A stretch of DNA of 64,000 bases from Tubiluchus corallicola (GCA_030141605.1 JAQGDQ010000027.1:620001-684000), one strand, 5' to 3'. Counted from the first letter of the stretch, positions 46,044 through 59,210 are shown. Notes: generated by a model from the letters alone, not told the origin. Numbers and translations are program-made.

Positions 46044-49000
46044 CTGGAAAGAAAATAAAATGTGTCTTAATTGATGCAGCTTAAGAAATGCGCCTGTTAT
46101 CCACACTGTAGTCAATTATAAAGCAAAATAATAAAAAAGAACAAGTTCGTGAGTATATGATAAGTAAGGACAAATGAATAATAAATAAATGAATAAACAA
46201 ATAAATAAAGAAAGAAATGAGCGAATATCTGCATAAATAAAAGAAAGAAAATAGAGAAACAAAAAAGAATGAATTAATAAACAAGTAAATGAATAAATGG
46301 AGATGAGAGAGTGAATAAATGAATGAATAAATAACAATTCAACTTTTACGTCGTTTATTTTAGATGTGCCAAAAGTGAAAAGAAAAACAAAAGAATGAAT
46401 TAATGAATAAGTAAATGAATGCAGGGTCGGATAAAGGTGTGTTGCTGCACTAAGCACACCCTGCACCTGTTGCCCCGGCTCTCTTCTTTGCCCTGCGTTA
46501 CCGCGTACAAGTTTCGCGGTTAAAAGCCTACGTAATATGAGACACAAGTGCGACAATATATGCAAAACAAGCTCCATTGCACTACAAATAGAGAAGATTT
46601 ATGCCACTAAAATACTCTATTGACTTCAAAATGAAATTTTAATTAAATTAATCTGCTACAAAAAAATGCATGATGCCTGCCAACAGCAAAAAATACTCAC
46701 ACCAGAGGTCGCTAGTTGTTGGATCGACAACTAAGATAAAGATTAAAGGCAACATAATTGCCTAACACATGTACTAAATAAAGTGAATATATCAGTAACA
46801 TTTTTCAATAATACATTGGCTAAAGTTGTTATCAATTTTTCAAAAATAATACCGATGCCATGATCAGTAATACTGTCATATACGTGAAAAACATAAATAT
46901 CAATACACTGCTAATGCATATCAAGTAGCTGATATGATGCTATGTAATGACATGAAAAACAACCCAGCCAAGGTGCGCCATTCTCCCGTAACTCTCTACT
47001 TCACATTTGAATTGTGAAACACTTTTATAGCCTTTAACATACGTAATTGAAATTTTATTTCTTTTCATTTTATTGTCAGTTTGATGCGGCTAGAGTCTGG
47101 TGCCCTAAGCACGTGCTTAGTCTGCTTATGTGTTAAACGGCTCTGGATGGATGGATAGATAGATGAGTGATGTCATGTATGCGATCACTCTTCAATTTTT
47201 GGTAATTGTACGATTTTAATTTTACACTTCTGCCAATTAAGAATTGGTTAATGTCTTTAATTTGCCAGGTTATACTTCTTGACTTTTTCAAGATGAAAAA
47301 TAAACAGTTCCAAGGGTTGCAACTTTGCAATGTGAAGAACAAGTTCATTGTATTGATGCACTTTCAATTGTGTAAAAGTTATTAGCTGTCACCCTAAGCA
47401 AATTTCACTTCAGACTCTGTTTACATATTCTCCGAGTCCTGTTATGATTGACTGGATTCAAGATTGCATGTTTGTGGCCTCCAAACCTGAGCCAAGACAA
47501 AAACATGCAGTCTTGAATTTTGACAGTAATTACCACGCTGTGCGTTACATGCTGCAGCCAGCAGATATCATTTAGTTTTAATCGTAAAATAAACAATAGA
47601 AAAAAATTACTGAAAAGGAGAAGCCAAAAAGGCACAGAAATTAAGCTACTAGTGTAAAGTAAACAGTTGTGAATTGAGAAAATAAAGTGTTGCAGGTATC
47701 CAAATGTACGTTGCCTAGAGTACTGGAACGAACAGGTGTAATCACATTAAATATCGCAAAAGTGATAATCAGTCATAAGACACGTTGACCATACATTTTT
47801 GCATACAATTCATTAAAAACCACCATACTAGTTACTTATTTATTTATTTGATTTTCATCGTCCTTTAAGCAAACAAATGAATAAAGACAATTTCTATTGC
47901 TATTACCCCTATATTATGTAATTACGCTTAACAAGGTAATATTTAGTCAATCCTAAAACATTAATCGCTGCCGAAGTCTTGAAGGGGAAAAACACATTAG
48001 AGCGCCTATAGCAGTAATTTTAAACATTGAGATCAATTATTGTTACAAGGGTTCAAGTGGAAACATAGGCAAGGTATATAGGCTGCCAGAATGTGAACTG
48101 ATGTGGTTCATGTGAATTTTGTTTTGATAATAAACAAAATTGATTTTCTTCGAAGCTTTCCATAATGATGTCTTGTTAATCTTCTAAAGCTCAATAGCCG
48201 AAATATTAAACCTAAGTGTTACACTAGCTGACCATGCTAGCAATATCTGTAACATATTTCTAACGATTTTTTCGACATTTATAATCAGTTTGAGTTCTAA
48301 AAAAAGTGCACGTCCATTTAGCATATTGGGCTTACTTTACTGCCATCACTTAAACTTAGAAAAATATAATATACAATTTTGCAAAAAAAGAAACAGTCTA
48401 ATGCATAAAGTCAATTTAAGCTACCGCAAAAAAATTATCAGGCGTGGTGGAGATGCCATTCTCTTAAACATTACAACGTCTAGTACATTGAAAATTACTA
48501 GCATTCTTTGTAAAAATTTATACTGGAGGAAACTTACAGCGCATTGCTTTTCTTCAGTCGATTAACGATGTCATCGGAGAAAGAATGAGCGTGTAAAGTC
48601 AAAGTTTCAAGGCAGAAATGATCGCGCCTTTAAATTGATTTTACTAATTATACGAGGCCCTTATCACACTTTTATTACTAATTATTCTAATATTTTTCGC
48701 GAACATTGAAATAAGCCTAAACTTCCTAGAAAGTTTGTCCTTTTCTTTAAGACAATAAGTAAAGAAGGTAATCCTTTATAATTTACTAACACTTTTTTGC
48801 CTGTCAAGATAATGCAAGGTTAATTGACTTGGCGATGATACCGAAAGTGATGGTTTAGATGCACAAATACAGTCCATTACAAATATTTAGTCTTGACTTA
48901 TACAATTTATGTATCCATTTACTTAATACACATTGACCGATTAAAAATGTCTATCAGGTCACCTGTCGGTCATGCAAATTATGTATTATATACGCACTCT

Positions 49001-52000
49001 CCAGTAAGTCATATGTTGCTGGTGTTGGGTAAGCCACTGAATGGGAAGAGGAAAGGTAACCCGTTGTTGCATTTAATACCTAATATTTAAAATATGAAAG
49101 AGCTAGAATGGTATTATTAGACGACCTACTCGACCACTGGATTGCAACACGTGAATCCTTATAATTCTGTAGTATTATACAGAAGGATATTCGGAAAATT
49201 CAAAACTGGTCAGCCATCTTGTTTTATTGTCCATAGTTTATTACAGCAGTTTATTAAATCAACCTTTCGCTTCACAATATAATATAATTTAATGTTAAAT
49301 GATTAATCAGTGGTTAAAATATTGCGTTTATATAGATCGTGTATGTAAGTTTAATCACCATCTGCTGGTTGCAATTGAATCAAATGTTTCATAGGATCGA
49401 GTTTGATAAATATTAGCTGCGATGCCATTATTCTTTTATTAGCACTTCGCACTCAGCACTTGCACTGTGGAGATACATGTATCAAACGCAGTCTGTTTTG
49501 TAAATCCACTATAAATAAATAAAGTTTAAACTACCTGTTCCCGTATGTACTTATATAACAAAAGGTCACGGGGATCCTGGATATAATATAGTCACGAGAA
49601 AGCTAGAACAAGTTCTTTTTTTCTTGGTATGAGATAGTTTGCACTAAATCCAGATTCAAAAAGGGAAACGAAACCTACTGGTCGCTCTAAGCGTAAACGT
49701 AATTATGGTACATCTAATGGTGATCTAAGATATTTAAAATTGATACGAAAAGTATAATGATTGATACTTTCTCTCTATTTTTATTACAATTCTGTAATCG
49801 GCTTAACAAATTCTGCTAAGTAACATTTATCCTAAAGCAGAAATTATATTGCGTAGTGTTGTAGGCCGCACGGAATCGTTGCAGATCCCCTGTAGGCCTC
49901 TTATAGGCCAATTTGCTTTCATTTCGCGACGTATTCTGTTGACTAGCTTGTTGACTAACTTCCCAAAGAATTTCGCAGTCGTAGTTCAACCTTGGAAGAA
50001 CACAACATACTAATTTACTCTGTGATTCACGTCGACAAATGACGACAATCAGCTGTTTTTCTTGAGTTAACTGTGTTTGCTTTTAAGCTAATGTGGTTAT
50101 GTGCACCTTTACAGTACTGTCTAGTAATCCACGCAAAGCCTTGGAATGTAGAGCGTAGTTTAAAAATGTATCGATTAGAAACTGTTTCGTAAAATCGATG
50201 TTTCAAAAAGCATCAAGTTAATGTTAATCCAGTAGGCTGTATCATCTTGCAGTACCAGAAGATTACAGTACCAACCGATCGACCTTGCCACCTACCTATC
50301 TACCGGCCAGTCAGCCAACCCACCAACCAACAAACCAATCAATCAACCAACCAATCAACCTACCAGCCAACCAGCCAACAAATAAACGAACCTACCAACC
50401 AACCTACCTACTTACCAACCAACCAACCAACCAACCAACCAACCAACCAACCAACCAACCCAACCAACCAACCAACAATAATCAACGTACCAACTAACTA
50501 ACCAGTAAACGAAGCCAAGATCAAGCAAATGCACCATACCTACAGAAGCAGATGAAACATGCATTATATGTATACCTTTTTGCATAGCAGGCAGCATAAT
50601 ATTGTGATGACGAGAAAAAGACACAAACTTTGCCTTTTTTGGATTATAGTGACAAGTCAATCTGATCCTAGCTCAAAGCCAATTCAATATTTCTTTGAAG
50701 TTTCAAAAATATGCGTTGTGAGTTTCTAGTCGGAAGTTTCTGATGTTTCTGACTGCAGATGTTAGGAGTCTTCAGCGGAATTGGTTTTTTTGACAACGTT
50801 TGATCTAGGAAGTTTTTATTCTGTTTTTGTACTTCCAGAGAGAGTACCAGGCAAGAGACAGTCAGTCATTCGCGTATAAAAAGCTTAACTTCTTCCCCCG
50901 AGATTGACCATCATGTTTGTAACAAAATTAATGATGTTTTCAATGTAGTTGCAATGTTTTGTATATTCTATAAATTTTCAATGTACGTGCCTCATGTAAT
51001 TCAATATTTTGAACGCCAGGCACATCACCCACAGTACTAAGTGTTCTAGTATTTTCTAGAAAGATACATAGTTCTTATTCATTCATCAGCATCAGACTCA
51101 GTGAAGCGACACTATTATCGTAATGTACTGCATGTATTATCTATGTAATTATAATATCATTATCACGTGATTGTGATTATCATATGACACCTTATCATAT
51201 GCTTTAGTACTGTACATTTCGTTGGTCACACTATTGATGAAACTAGCGACTCGGCGGGTATTACTATCCCCATTGTGTCTACACAATATCTTAGTGTATC
51301 ACGCCATATAAAAAAGCTTAAATAAATTTAATTCAACAATTTATAATATTAGATAAATTCTTGCTTTAGAATCGTCAATTTGAATGAAAGTAATAAGTGT
51401 ATAATACTGTTGAGCGTAAATAATTGAACGTATTGACCTACAAATTCTAGATTGACTAGATGCTATGGATTTTTTTTTATTTTTGCTTATAAATTTATTT
51501 TAATTATTATTCCTCTATATGAAAATAAATAAATAAAAATTAATTAAAAATAATTTGTAAGAAAATGTATGGAAGCACGTCTTGATACTGAAGAAGTTAC
51601 CGAGGCTCAACGCATCGTCCAAAAAACAGCGTACAGTGAAACAACTTTCACACAAGGTTACCATCCAATAGGTCAGAAACAATTTCCACTTCAGAAATTC
51701 TTTTTGAAAGCCATCGGGTCAAGTAAGCGCTTACAATTGAGTGTTAAGAAAGCACTTTTAAGCGCCAATATAATTGCACTTTCGATAAGGGCATACTTGT
51801 GTGTTTGAGTGTACGTAAAAATCTAGCAGAATTGCCATTCGCATAATAGAAGGTTGTCTTTTGTTTAGTGATTTTGTAATAAACGGCTTGCAGAAGAGTT
51901 TATTTAGCCTAGATATGTGAAAGTGAAAGTGTTTTGATCTGCGCCACTAACAATTTTTTGCGTTGTTTATTCATAAACTGTGATCCTGCCAATATTTTTT

Positions 52001-53622
52001 TTAGAAAAATGCAGCAGGGTATGTGATTGTCCACAGTATTTTAGGGTGCCAATGGCTTTTAAAAAACTGTGTTTATTAGTTTCTCAAAATAAGCATTTAG
52101 ATATGAGTAACGAGATTTACTAATTTACGATAAATCAAATACGCGTACAGTAATTCCATTTAAAGTGATTAAGCGGCGGTTACCTGACATCCGGAATGCG
52201 TTAAACGGCGTTTACCAGACATTTGGAATGCGTTATCCACCTGCGGAATAACCGCGTATAAAAAAATCAATTGGAAATAGCCGCAGAAAAATAACGCGTA
52301 ACGCAGATCTGGTAAACGGGTGCATTGAAAACAATATAAATTAATTTTTATCCTTAACGGATACGCATCCCAGATGTCTGATAAACGCCACTTTATGCAT
52401 CACTGCGTAAAAATCACTTTATATTGTTTTCAATAAACCCGTTTATAAGACCTGCGTTATTGCGTTACTTTTTCTGCAGTTATTCCTATTGATTTTTTAT
52501 ACGCAAAACACATAAAGCATTCCGGATGTCTGGTAAACGCTGCTTTACAGTGCATCCGTGAAAAATGCTTATACAAAGATAGAAACTAATAGAGGAATTC
52601 TTCAAATTTATTACGTTCGTCAATTTTTAAAACTGGATATGAGTTAAATTGTAAATTAATTGAATTTATCCGGTTTTATTCACGGATTAGTTATCTGCTG
52701 TTGTTTGCTGAGATGCTTATATGACAGAAATTGAAAAATTGAAAATCAGCTAAGCGTTGAAAAAGAACTGTTAGCTCTGACACTACATGCTGATGATATG
52801 TACAGATGTGCAGTGAATATATGTTGTTCTCATGCGTTATGTACCAGTTTGTACCTGTATTTTTGCTTTTTGGTAATATGCGGTAAATGTGTTCTCACCC
52901 AAAATTGATAAAGTATAAATTATAATTAGCATTTTCGTAGCGAATAGTTTCGCTTATTAGAATGAAATACAATTAGAAAAAAAAACAATTAGTACCCAAA
53001 TTTTAGTTTTCTGCTGTTATTTTTGGTAAGAATAAAACAGGTCAATTCGCAGATCTAATGATAAATTTACTTCCAGACTTCAAAAACTTGCTGGGTACTT
53101 TACTCAGAACTTTCTTAAGTGGATCATTACTTTATACTTAATCTGTATATAACTTTGTTTGTTTTTTTAATTGGCAACAAACGCTTTGTATAATACAAGC
53201 TTTCAGACTTTTTTTGGCAAAACTGTAATCCTTAAGGTATGCTAAAACTTAAGTCTCTCTTTGTATTTTAGATAAGCATTGTTATAAGGACAAACTTATA
53301 TGTGCCGTGGTTTCCGTCATGGAACAGTTCTGTCCTTTACGAAAGTTATCTGATAAGCGTAAAAAAGACATGCCTAATGAAAACATGGAAGTTATTCAGT
53401 TATATGCAAAATGGAACGTGAAAAAGAACTTGATCCAGTAACCATTGGTTGTGTATGTAACTCCTGCTGACCACTTTTACAAAGCTGTCCTCCTGCTAAT
53501 CGGGCCAATTTTCACAAAGCTGAAACTCCTGCTGATCGGGCCAGTTTCACAAAGCTGTCACAAAGTTAACGATGTTGTTCTGACCCCCAAAAACACAAAA
53601 TGGACACTATATTTCCTTGCTA

Positions 53623-53671
<49 letters not shown>

Positions 53672-53776
53672 TGTCTGTCTGTCTGTATGTATGTATGTAT
53701 GTATGTATGTATGTATGTATGTATGTATGTATGTATGTATGTATGTATGTATGTATGTATGTATGTATGTATGTAC

Positions 53777-53842
<66 letters not shown>

Positions 53843-53996
53843 TGAACACGCATAAAGCCAATTTAACGCTAATAACAACAAAAACCGTGTATATATTGGT
53901 GCGCTTCATTCATTTTGGCTAAACTTAATAATTATGGAAAAACTCAAACGCCCTTACCAGAGCAGTCGCGACTAGAATCAGCCATAGTGTTCGCAT
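44721..53996 (-). CDS. Predicted secreted low-complexity protein, ~463 aa, unknown family (coding exons 53958-53996, 46701-46730, 44721-46043)
   Basis: The spliced N-terminus [13 protein letters not shown]|[10 protein letters not shown]|ACLSDL has signal-peptide composition. Both junctions are phase 0 with good sites (CTG|gtaagg, ttatcttag|, GGT|gtgagt, ttctttccag|). The 440-codon stop-free terminal exon is far longer than background ORFs. Confidence 0.8.
46701..46730 (-). CDS. 30-nt micro-exon ([10 protein letters not shown]), end of signal peptide
   Basis: tttatcttag|TTG...GGT|gtgagt; phase 0-0. Confidence 0.7.
49420..49540 (+). repeat. Dispersed repeat, second copy at 60387-60490
   Basis: Both copies share attattcttttattagcact...gcacttgcac...cactataaataaataaa.tttaaa. 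Confidence 0.75.
50290..50500. repeat. Degenerate (ACCA)n microsatellite
   Basis: Direct reading of the sequence. Confidence 0.9.
52170..52548. mobile_element. Cluster of ~200-bp MITE copies (PIF/Harbinger-like) in inverted arrangement
   Basis: TIR aagcggcgtttaccagacatccggaatgc with TAA/TTA flanks; 52201-52350 is inverted relative to 52405-52548. Confidence 0.8.
53623..53840. repeat. Compound (TCTG)n(TATG)n(TCTG)n microsatellite
   Basis: Direct reading of the sequence. Confidence 0.98.
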
Positions 53997-54018
53997 TGTC
54001 GCTTCAGTTCTTTCAAAC
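53958..54018 (-). CDS. Start-codon exon: 22 nt UTR plus [13 protein letters not shown] (ATG at 53996)
   Basis: tttattgcag| acceptor, start context acaATG, hydrophobic h-region, donor gtaagg. Confidence 0.72.
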
Positions 54019-54499
54019 CTGCAATAAATGTTAACAGAATAGTAATACAAATTAATTGTTACTGATAGGAGTGAAGATTAGAAAAAAATCCGCAGTAGGC
54101 AATAAAAAAGCTCGACGTTTCAAGCTACCAATGTGGCTTCATCATCAGGCGAAAAAAGAGAAAAAGGGGAAAATCACATAAAGTTACTAATATTAACAGG
54201 GTCATTTAGAAAGAAATGCTCTGCTCTGTGATTTTAATACGTGATTGCACCCTTTTTGAAGTGCGGTATTTTTAATGATAATGGTAATTTACCTCTAAAT
54301 CGCAGAATTAGGAATATAATAAAAAATCACAGCGCAACTAATTAGACGATATAGCAAAAATATGCTTTAAAACTGACACAACTTAAATGTTATAGTAAAA
54401 AGATTTTAAACATTTTAAAACGGTTAAAACCAGTTTATTCCATTCACATAGAGCTGCACTGGTAAATTATTTGTAAATAACAGGAAAATGGGAAATATT

Positions 54500-54684
54500 A
54501 TGGAATGTTCAGACATAGAGACTTCTCTCACAACCTCATGTACAACTTCTCTCAGAGAGAAGTGGTCAAGCTTTTCACACATTGCAACAAGTACTTGCGA
54601 GAGAAGTTGCCAAACCGTTCTCACGTTGCAATTTTAATCTCTAAGAGATATTGCGAGAGAAGTCTCTACGTCTGAACGCGCCAT
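54500..54684. mobile_element. ~185-bp MITE with 27-bp TIRs
   Basis: gttcagacatagagacttctctcacaa (54507-54533) versus ttgcgagagaagtctctacgtctgaac (54651-54677), 2 mismatches. Confidence 0.85.
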
Positions 54685-56004
54685 TGGTAATTTTATGATT
54701 TTTCTTTTGTTCTTTTTTCCGCCTGATGATAAACCTCAGCGATGGTTTGAAATGCTGTGCTATTTCGACGTTTTAAATGTGGGATTTTTATTAACTAATA
54801 TGATAAACATAGTTTACGGTCTATAGGGCCATGAAGCTGGGTGTATCATAGCCTCTCATAGTCATCAAAAATCGAATAACCGTTGAAGGTCATGAAAACT
54901 ACAAAACGAAATTGATATGAGCGCCCTGTCAAGCGTATTGCTTATTCCGCGAGTTCGTGTTTAAACCCAATCCTGCTTACAAGGTCGAATTTCTTTCGCT
55001 TGAACGGCAGTTTTGTTCTTAACGTTTAGTGTTTTAAACACCGTAAGTAACTTACTTAAAATAAGGAATGCAGATTTTAAGAGGTTCATTGTATGGGAAA
55101 ATAGTCCATTGACTGATCTTAACAAAAGCAGTGATTAACTAATATTTGAATATGAGCCAATATTGTTACTGAATAAATTACATTCACGTATCGAAAAAAA
55201 ATGTTAGCAGCTTTCACCAAGAATGAATCGTTTGGGATTTTAGCAAATTATTTAAGCAGGTGAAGGTTGTAAACGACCACACAAATATCCGTTAAAATTA
55301 TATTCAAATATTTCATTCACGGTTGTCAAAGATTATTTTCAAATAGAGTATACGATTAATCTGCAGATGAAACAAAATTTTCGCTAATGGCAGTGATGAT
55401 AATAGATTATATACACTTATCAAAACAAAGTTGTAGATCTGTAATGGTGTTAGGAAACTCGTGAATAACAGAAACCAACAAAACGTGATATTAATGCGGG
55501 AGAATAATGACCAAGGATAGCCTGTGTAGTTGTATCGCTAGTGAAACGGAAAATTAAACATGTTTGCACATTGCTCATCATTGCACCATGCAAGAACTCC
55601 AGAGGAAGTATACTTAAGCCCAGAAAAATACTTATCAAAGTTTTTCTTTTTTCGCCTGACTATTATTATGGCACCTGATTAGTTGATGTGATTCGTAAAC
55701 CTTAATAATTATTGAATAAAAATTTTCATTCGGACATGAATGTTAAATTCTTTTTTTAGTTTCGTCTGCCACGCATATAAAATCGTTGCTATTAATAAAT
55801 AGGAAAAAAAATAAAAATTGTGCCACTAAGAAGACTTGAATCACGTAGCAGCCCACTTCGACGAAAATTTCAAGATATGGAGAAACGTATCAACAAATTC
55901 AACCGCGTTTTTAAACAGCTTAAAACAAAGACTGGTTAAAACCACGTAAGCGTGTTCCTTGTCAGAATGTTTTCATTTTTCATTACCAAAAAGTTAAAAG
56001 TGGT

Positions 56005-56206
56005 CTTTTCCTAGCATTCGGAATGCGTATGTATTATGTGCTATCCACCTGCGGAAAAACTGCGTATATAGGAAATAGCTACAGAAAAAATAACCCATAA
56101 CGCAAGTCTGAAAAGTGAGTATATTGAAAACAATATAAACCGATTTTATCTGTTCCGCATCCACATAACGCATACGCATTCCGGGTGCATCTTAAACGCC
56201 ACTTAA
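56005..56206. mobile_element. Further copy of the 52.2-kb MITE family
   Basis: Shares ggaatgcgt, tatccacctgcggaa, ggaaatagc, attgaaaacaatataaa, and ends aaacgccacttaa. Confidence 0.8.
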
Positions 56207-56673
56207 GGCACCGTGATACTGAATAGCAAGGTGTTCAATAGTTCTAAAATACGCATTTTACATTAAACATACAAGAAATTACATTATAGGTTGTCACAAA
56301 TGCACACTCAGTCGACACAGACTATTGTTGCTACACCATCAACACTTGTGTATGCAAAAAACAATCGAAATTTGTAATACCAGAACACCTGTAGTGAAAA
56401 AAACACCTGTAATCAGCTGCAGACGGTATAACCATCAAAGATAACAAAACGTACAACTTTCACCAAATATAAGCGCTGGTCGATTTTTTGCTGCACTATA
56501 AAAAAGTGCTAATGACTTGTTACATAGCATTGATGTCTTCACGAGTAAGTTCTAATTAAACCCAGAGGAGTGGGCTATTTTATGTTTTCGCCTAACGACG
56601 CGTAAAAGTAAATTTATTCAGGATACAATTCGGAAGTATCCGTTAAAAGAGGATCCGGGTGTCCCGTACTCAC

Positions 56674-56816
56674 CATCTGTAACAATGTCACTTTTACCCG
56701 GCACAGTAACACACAAAGAATAGAGTTAGAAAGTAAAAGTTGTCAGGGATATATACGCAGCGTGTGCGTGCGCTCAGCGTGTGCGTGCACCCAGCGTGTG
56801 CATGCACCGTGACTCA
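56674..56816 (-). promoter_or_regulatory. Candidate core promoter and short 5' exon of the secreted-protein gene
   Basis: TATATAT at 56755-56749, Inr-like ctattct about 30 nt downstream, donor ATG|gtgagt at 56673. Immediately upstream are a 3x17-bp repeat (56758-56808) and TGACTCA (56810-56816). Confidence 0.45.
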
Positions 56817-57592
56817 CTCGAAAGCTGTCATCAAAGTCGAGTGCCCTCAACCACTTACGATATTATCATTTTGAGATTTGAACATTAGATTGCTAATATT
56901 TTGTTGCTATGATTTTATTTCTGTGCTGTTAAGATTCGCTTAAATTACCTTTTTATAACTACTGTATTTTAATGTAGGAATGCATTTAGTTTATTTAAAC
57001 GGCGAACTCTCATCACAGTGCCATATGACGCCCGATCATGATGATCAGAATTACCGATTTCGAAAGGAAACGTGTAGCTTACGGTTAAAGCCAGCTTAGG
57101 ATAAAATAAATAGAAAACAAAGCAAAATTTTTAGTTTTTTTTTATTTTCACAGTCGTCACCAGAAAAAGTGAATATGCAAATACACAGAGCTTATAAAAG
57201 AAATGTATACACACTGAAACGGTTTACTAGAGGTTTCTATGGATGTTCTCTTGGATATTCTTGTAAAATTTTACGGAAATGTCAGGCGAAAGTACTTACT
57301 GATGTTCTTCGACTCCTCAGTGCTCAAGGTCATGTCTACTCAAGAAAACACAAGTTAGTTTAGCGAGATTTTTCTTTGTCTTGTTACCACACCGGTTACC
57401 TTCAGAACCTGGAGACTTTGCTAATACGTTCAGCTGTTGTTCACTGTTATGTTCATATGTAGCTAAACAATGATAACATAAAGCGTTACAAAATTCTCTG
57501 GTAATATTAATCAATGTTGCTCTTGCATTAGCGCAGTTTAATTGACTCTCACTTCCCAGCCTGCTCTTGGACAGCATTTTTGAATGCTTTCA

Positions 57593-57615
57593 TTAGTAGC
57601 AGTAGTAATAGTAGT

Positions 57616-57647
<32 letters not shown>

Positions 57648-57668
57648 CAGCAGCAGTAGTAGTAGTAT
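57593..57668. repeat. (TAG)n/(CAG)n microsatellite
   Basis: Direct reading of the sequence. Confidence 0.9.
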
Positions 57669-59210
57669 GATGGTTTATACTGAGTCGTGTATTAAAAACA
57701 GTTGTAACTGATTGTAACTCATTTTCTTGACCTTGCTTTCTTACGAAATTCATTTATTAAGCTCAATAGACAGTTCCCTGTTCGTTTTAATTAATTAACC
57801 GTTTAATGACATTTCATTTAGCTTTCCTCTGCATCATTTACTGTCAGTAACACTGCATGCTACCGAATTAAGTCAGTCTGAAGACAATGCAACTTTGTCG
57901 TTAATAGTTCAAAACAGGAAGGAACAAGACTGGTTACCCTTGTAAATTTTATTAATCACCAAACTTCCGGTAATTGTAACAGAATGTTGCTTATCCTAAT
58001 CTTTCACAATCTTGCCTTCGAACAAGTACTTGAGACGTTTATGCATAATCTTAAGTTGTATGTACAAAAATCGCGCTGACAACCGCATGTTTTCTAATAT
58101 ATTTCAATTATAAGACTTACATTCGTGGGTATTTATTATTATTTAGTTTACAAAAATCCACAACAAAAATTGCGTAATATGCTGTTCTAACGTTGAAGCT
58201 TACTAAATCTTTTACATTAAAATGTGTACATTTTATTTTTATTTGTAGCTACGTTTCTCAGTAATTCAGTAATATAGTAATTCAGTTTATGCGAATGTTA
58301 TTATATCAGTTGTTTGCAATATCTAGACTTATAATTTAATTTTTACTCATAAGTTTAAATATAAACCATTAACAATTTTAAACAAATGCTTTATACTTAA
58401 GTTAAAATTAGCGTAAAATTTTAATTAAAAAATAAATTAATAAACAAACAAATAAATAAACAAACACTTAACTAAATAGTAACAGGTAAGCTATACGCAT
58501 TTATAAATAATTGAACACCTTTCTAGTTCGAACGAGCGTCATTATTTCTAAATCCCCTATTAACTAAAATGATTGTTAATGGCAATCATAGTTTCATTTC
58601 AATATTTAACATTCAATCACACTGCAGGTATTAAATGAGTTAAAGGTTAACACGGCACTCGAACTCAGCGTCTGACAGGCACACCTTTTCAGCACGTTCA
58701 CACACGGTTTTCAAGGACAGTAGCAATTTAGATGATTTGCATGTAGATGCAAAAGTAGATAGTAGACACGAGCAGTTAATGAAGGCTTAGAACGTATATA
58801 ATTTTACTGACGTAGTCATGTGAGCGTTGTGGCCTTGTGTACGCCATCAATTAACTAGGAAAGTTTTTGCCAATCCAAGTATGGTAAACAACAAGTAGAT
58901 ATGACAAGACAAAGATTTCATTATACCTATAATAGTTTGCTTTAGCCTCTTCAGCCTTATGGTAACACGCTAATGTTTCTCTCAATTACGAATATTTCAA
59001 GCTACAAACAGTAAAACTGTTATTACTTTATTCAGTTAAACACCCAACTAGGTACTTAAAAACAGTTATCAAGACAGTATGAACTATGAACTGGCACCCG
59101 CAGATTCCTGGAATAGACGACATTTTGCTTGACCTGTGAGTTCAGAACTCTTCCTCTTGGATGATGACACGGTGACATGGAACAAACCCGCCTTTCCTCA
59201 ATGTCGTTGA

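Noticed and set aside
46044-46115. N-terminal 24 aa of the listed 464-aa ORF
   Set aside because: Intronic read-through upstream of the strong acceptor at 46044-46045.
48538-48627. 90-nt candidate exon in the secreted-protein gene
   Set aside because: Open only in phase 2, whereas the flanking exons are phase 0 (in-frame TGA); weak acceptor.
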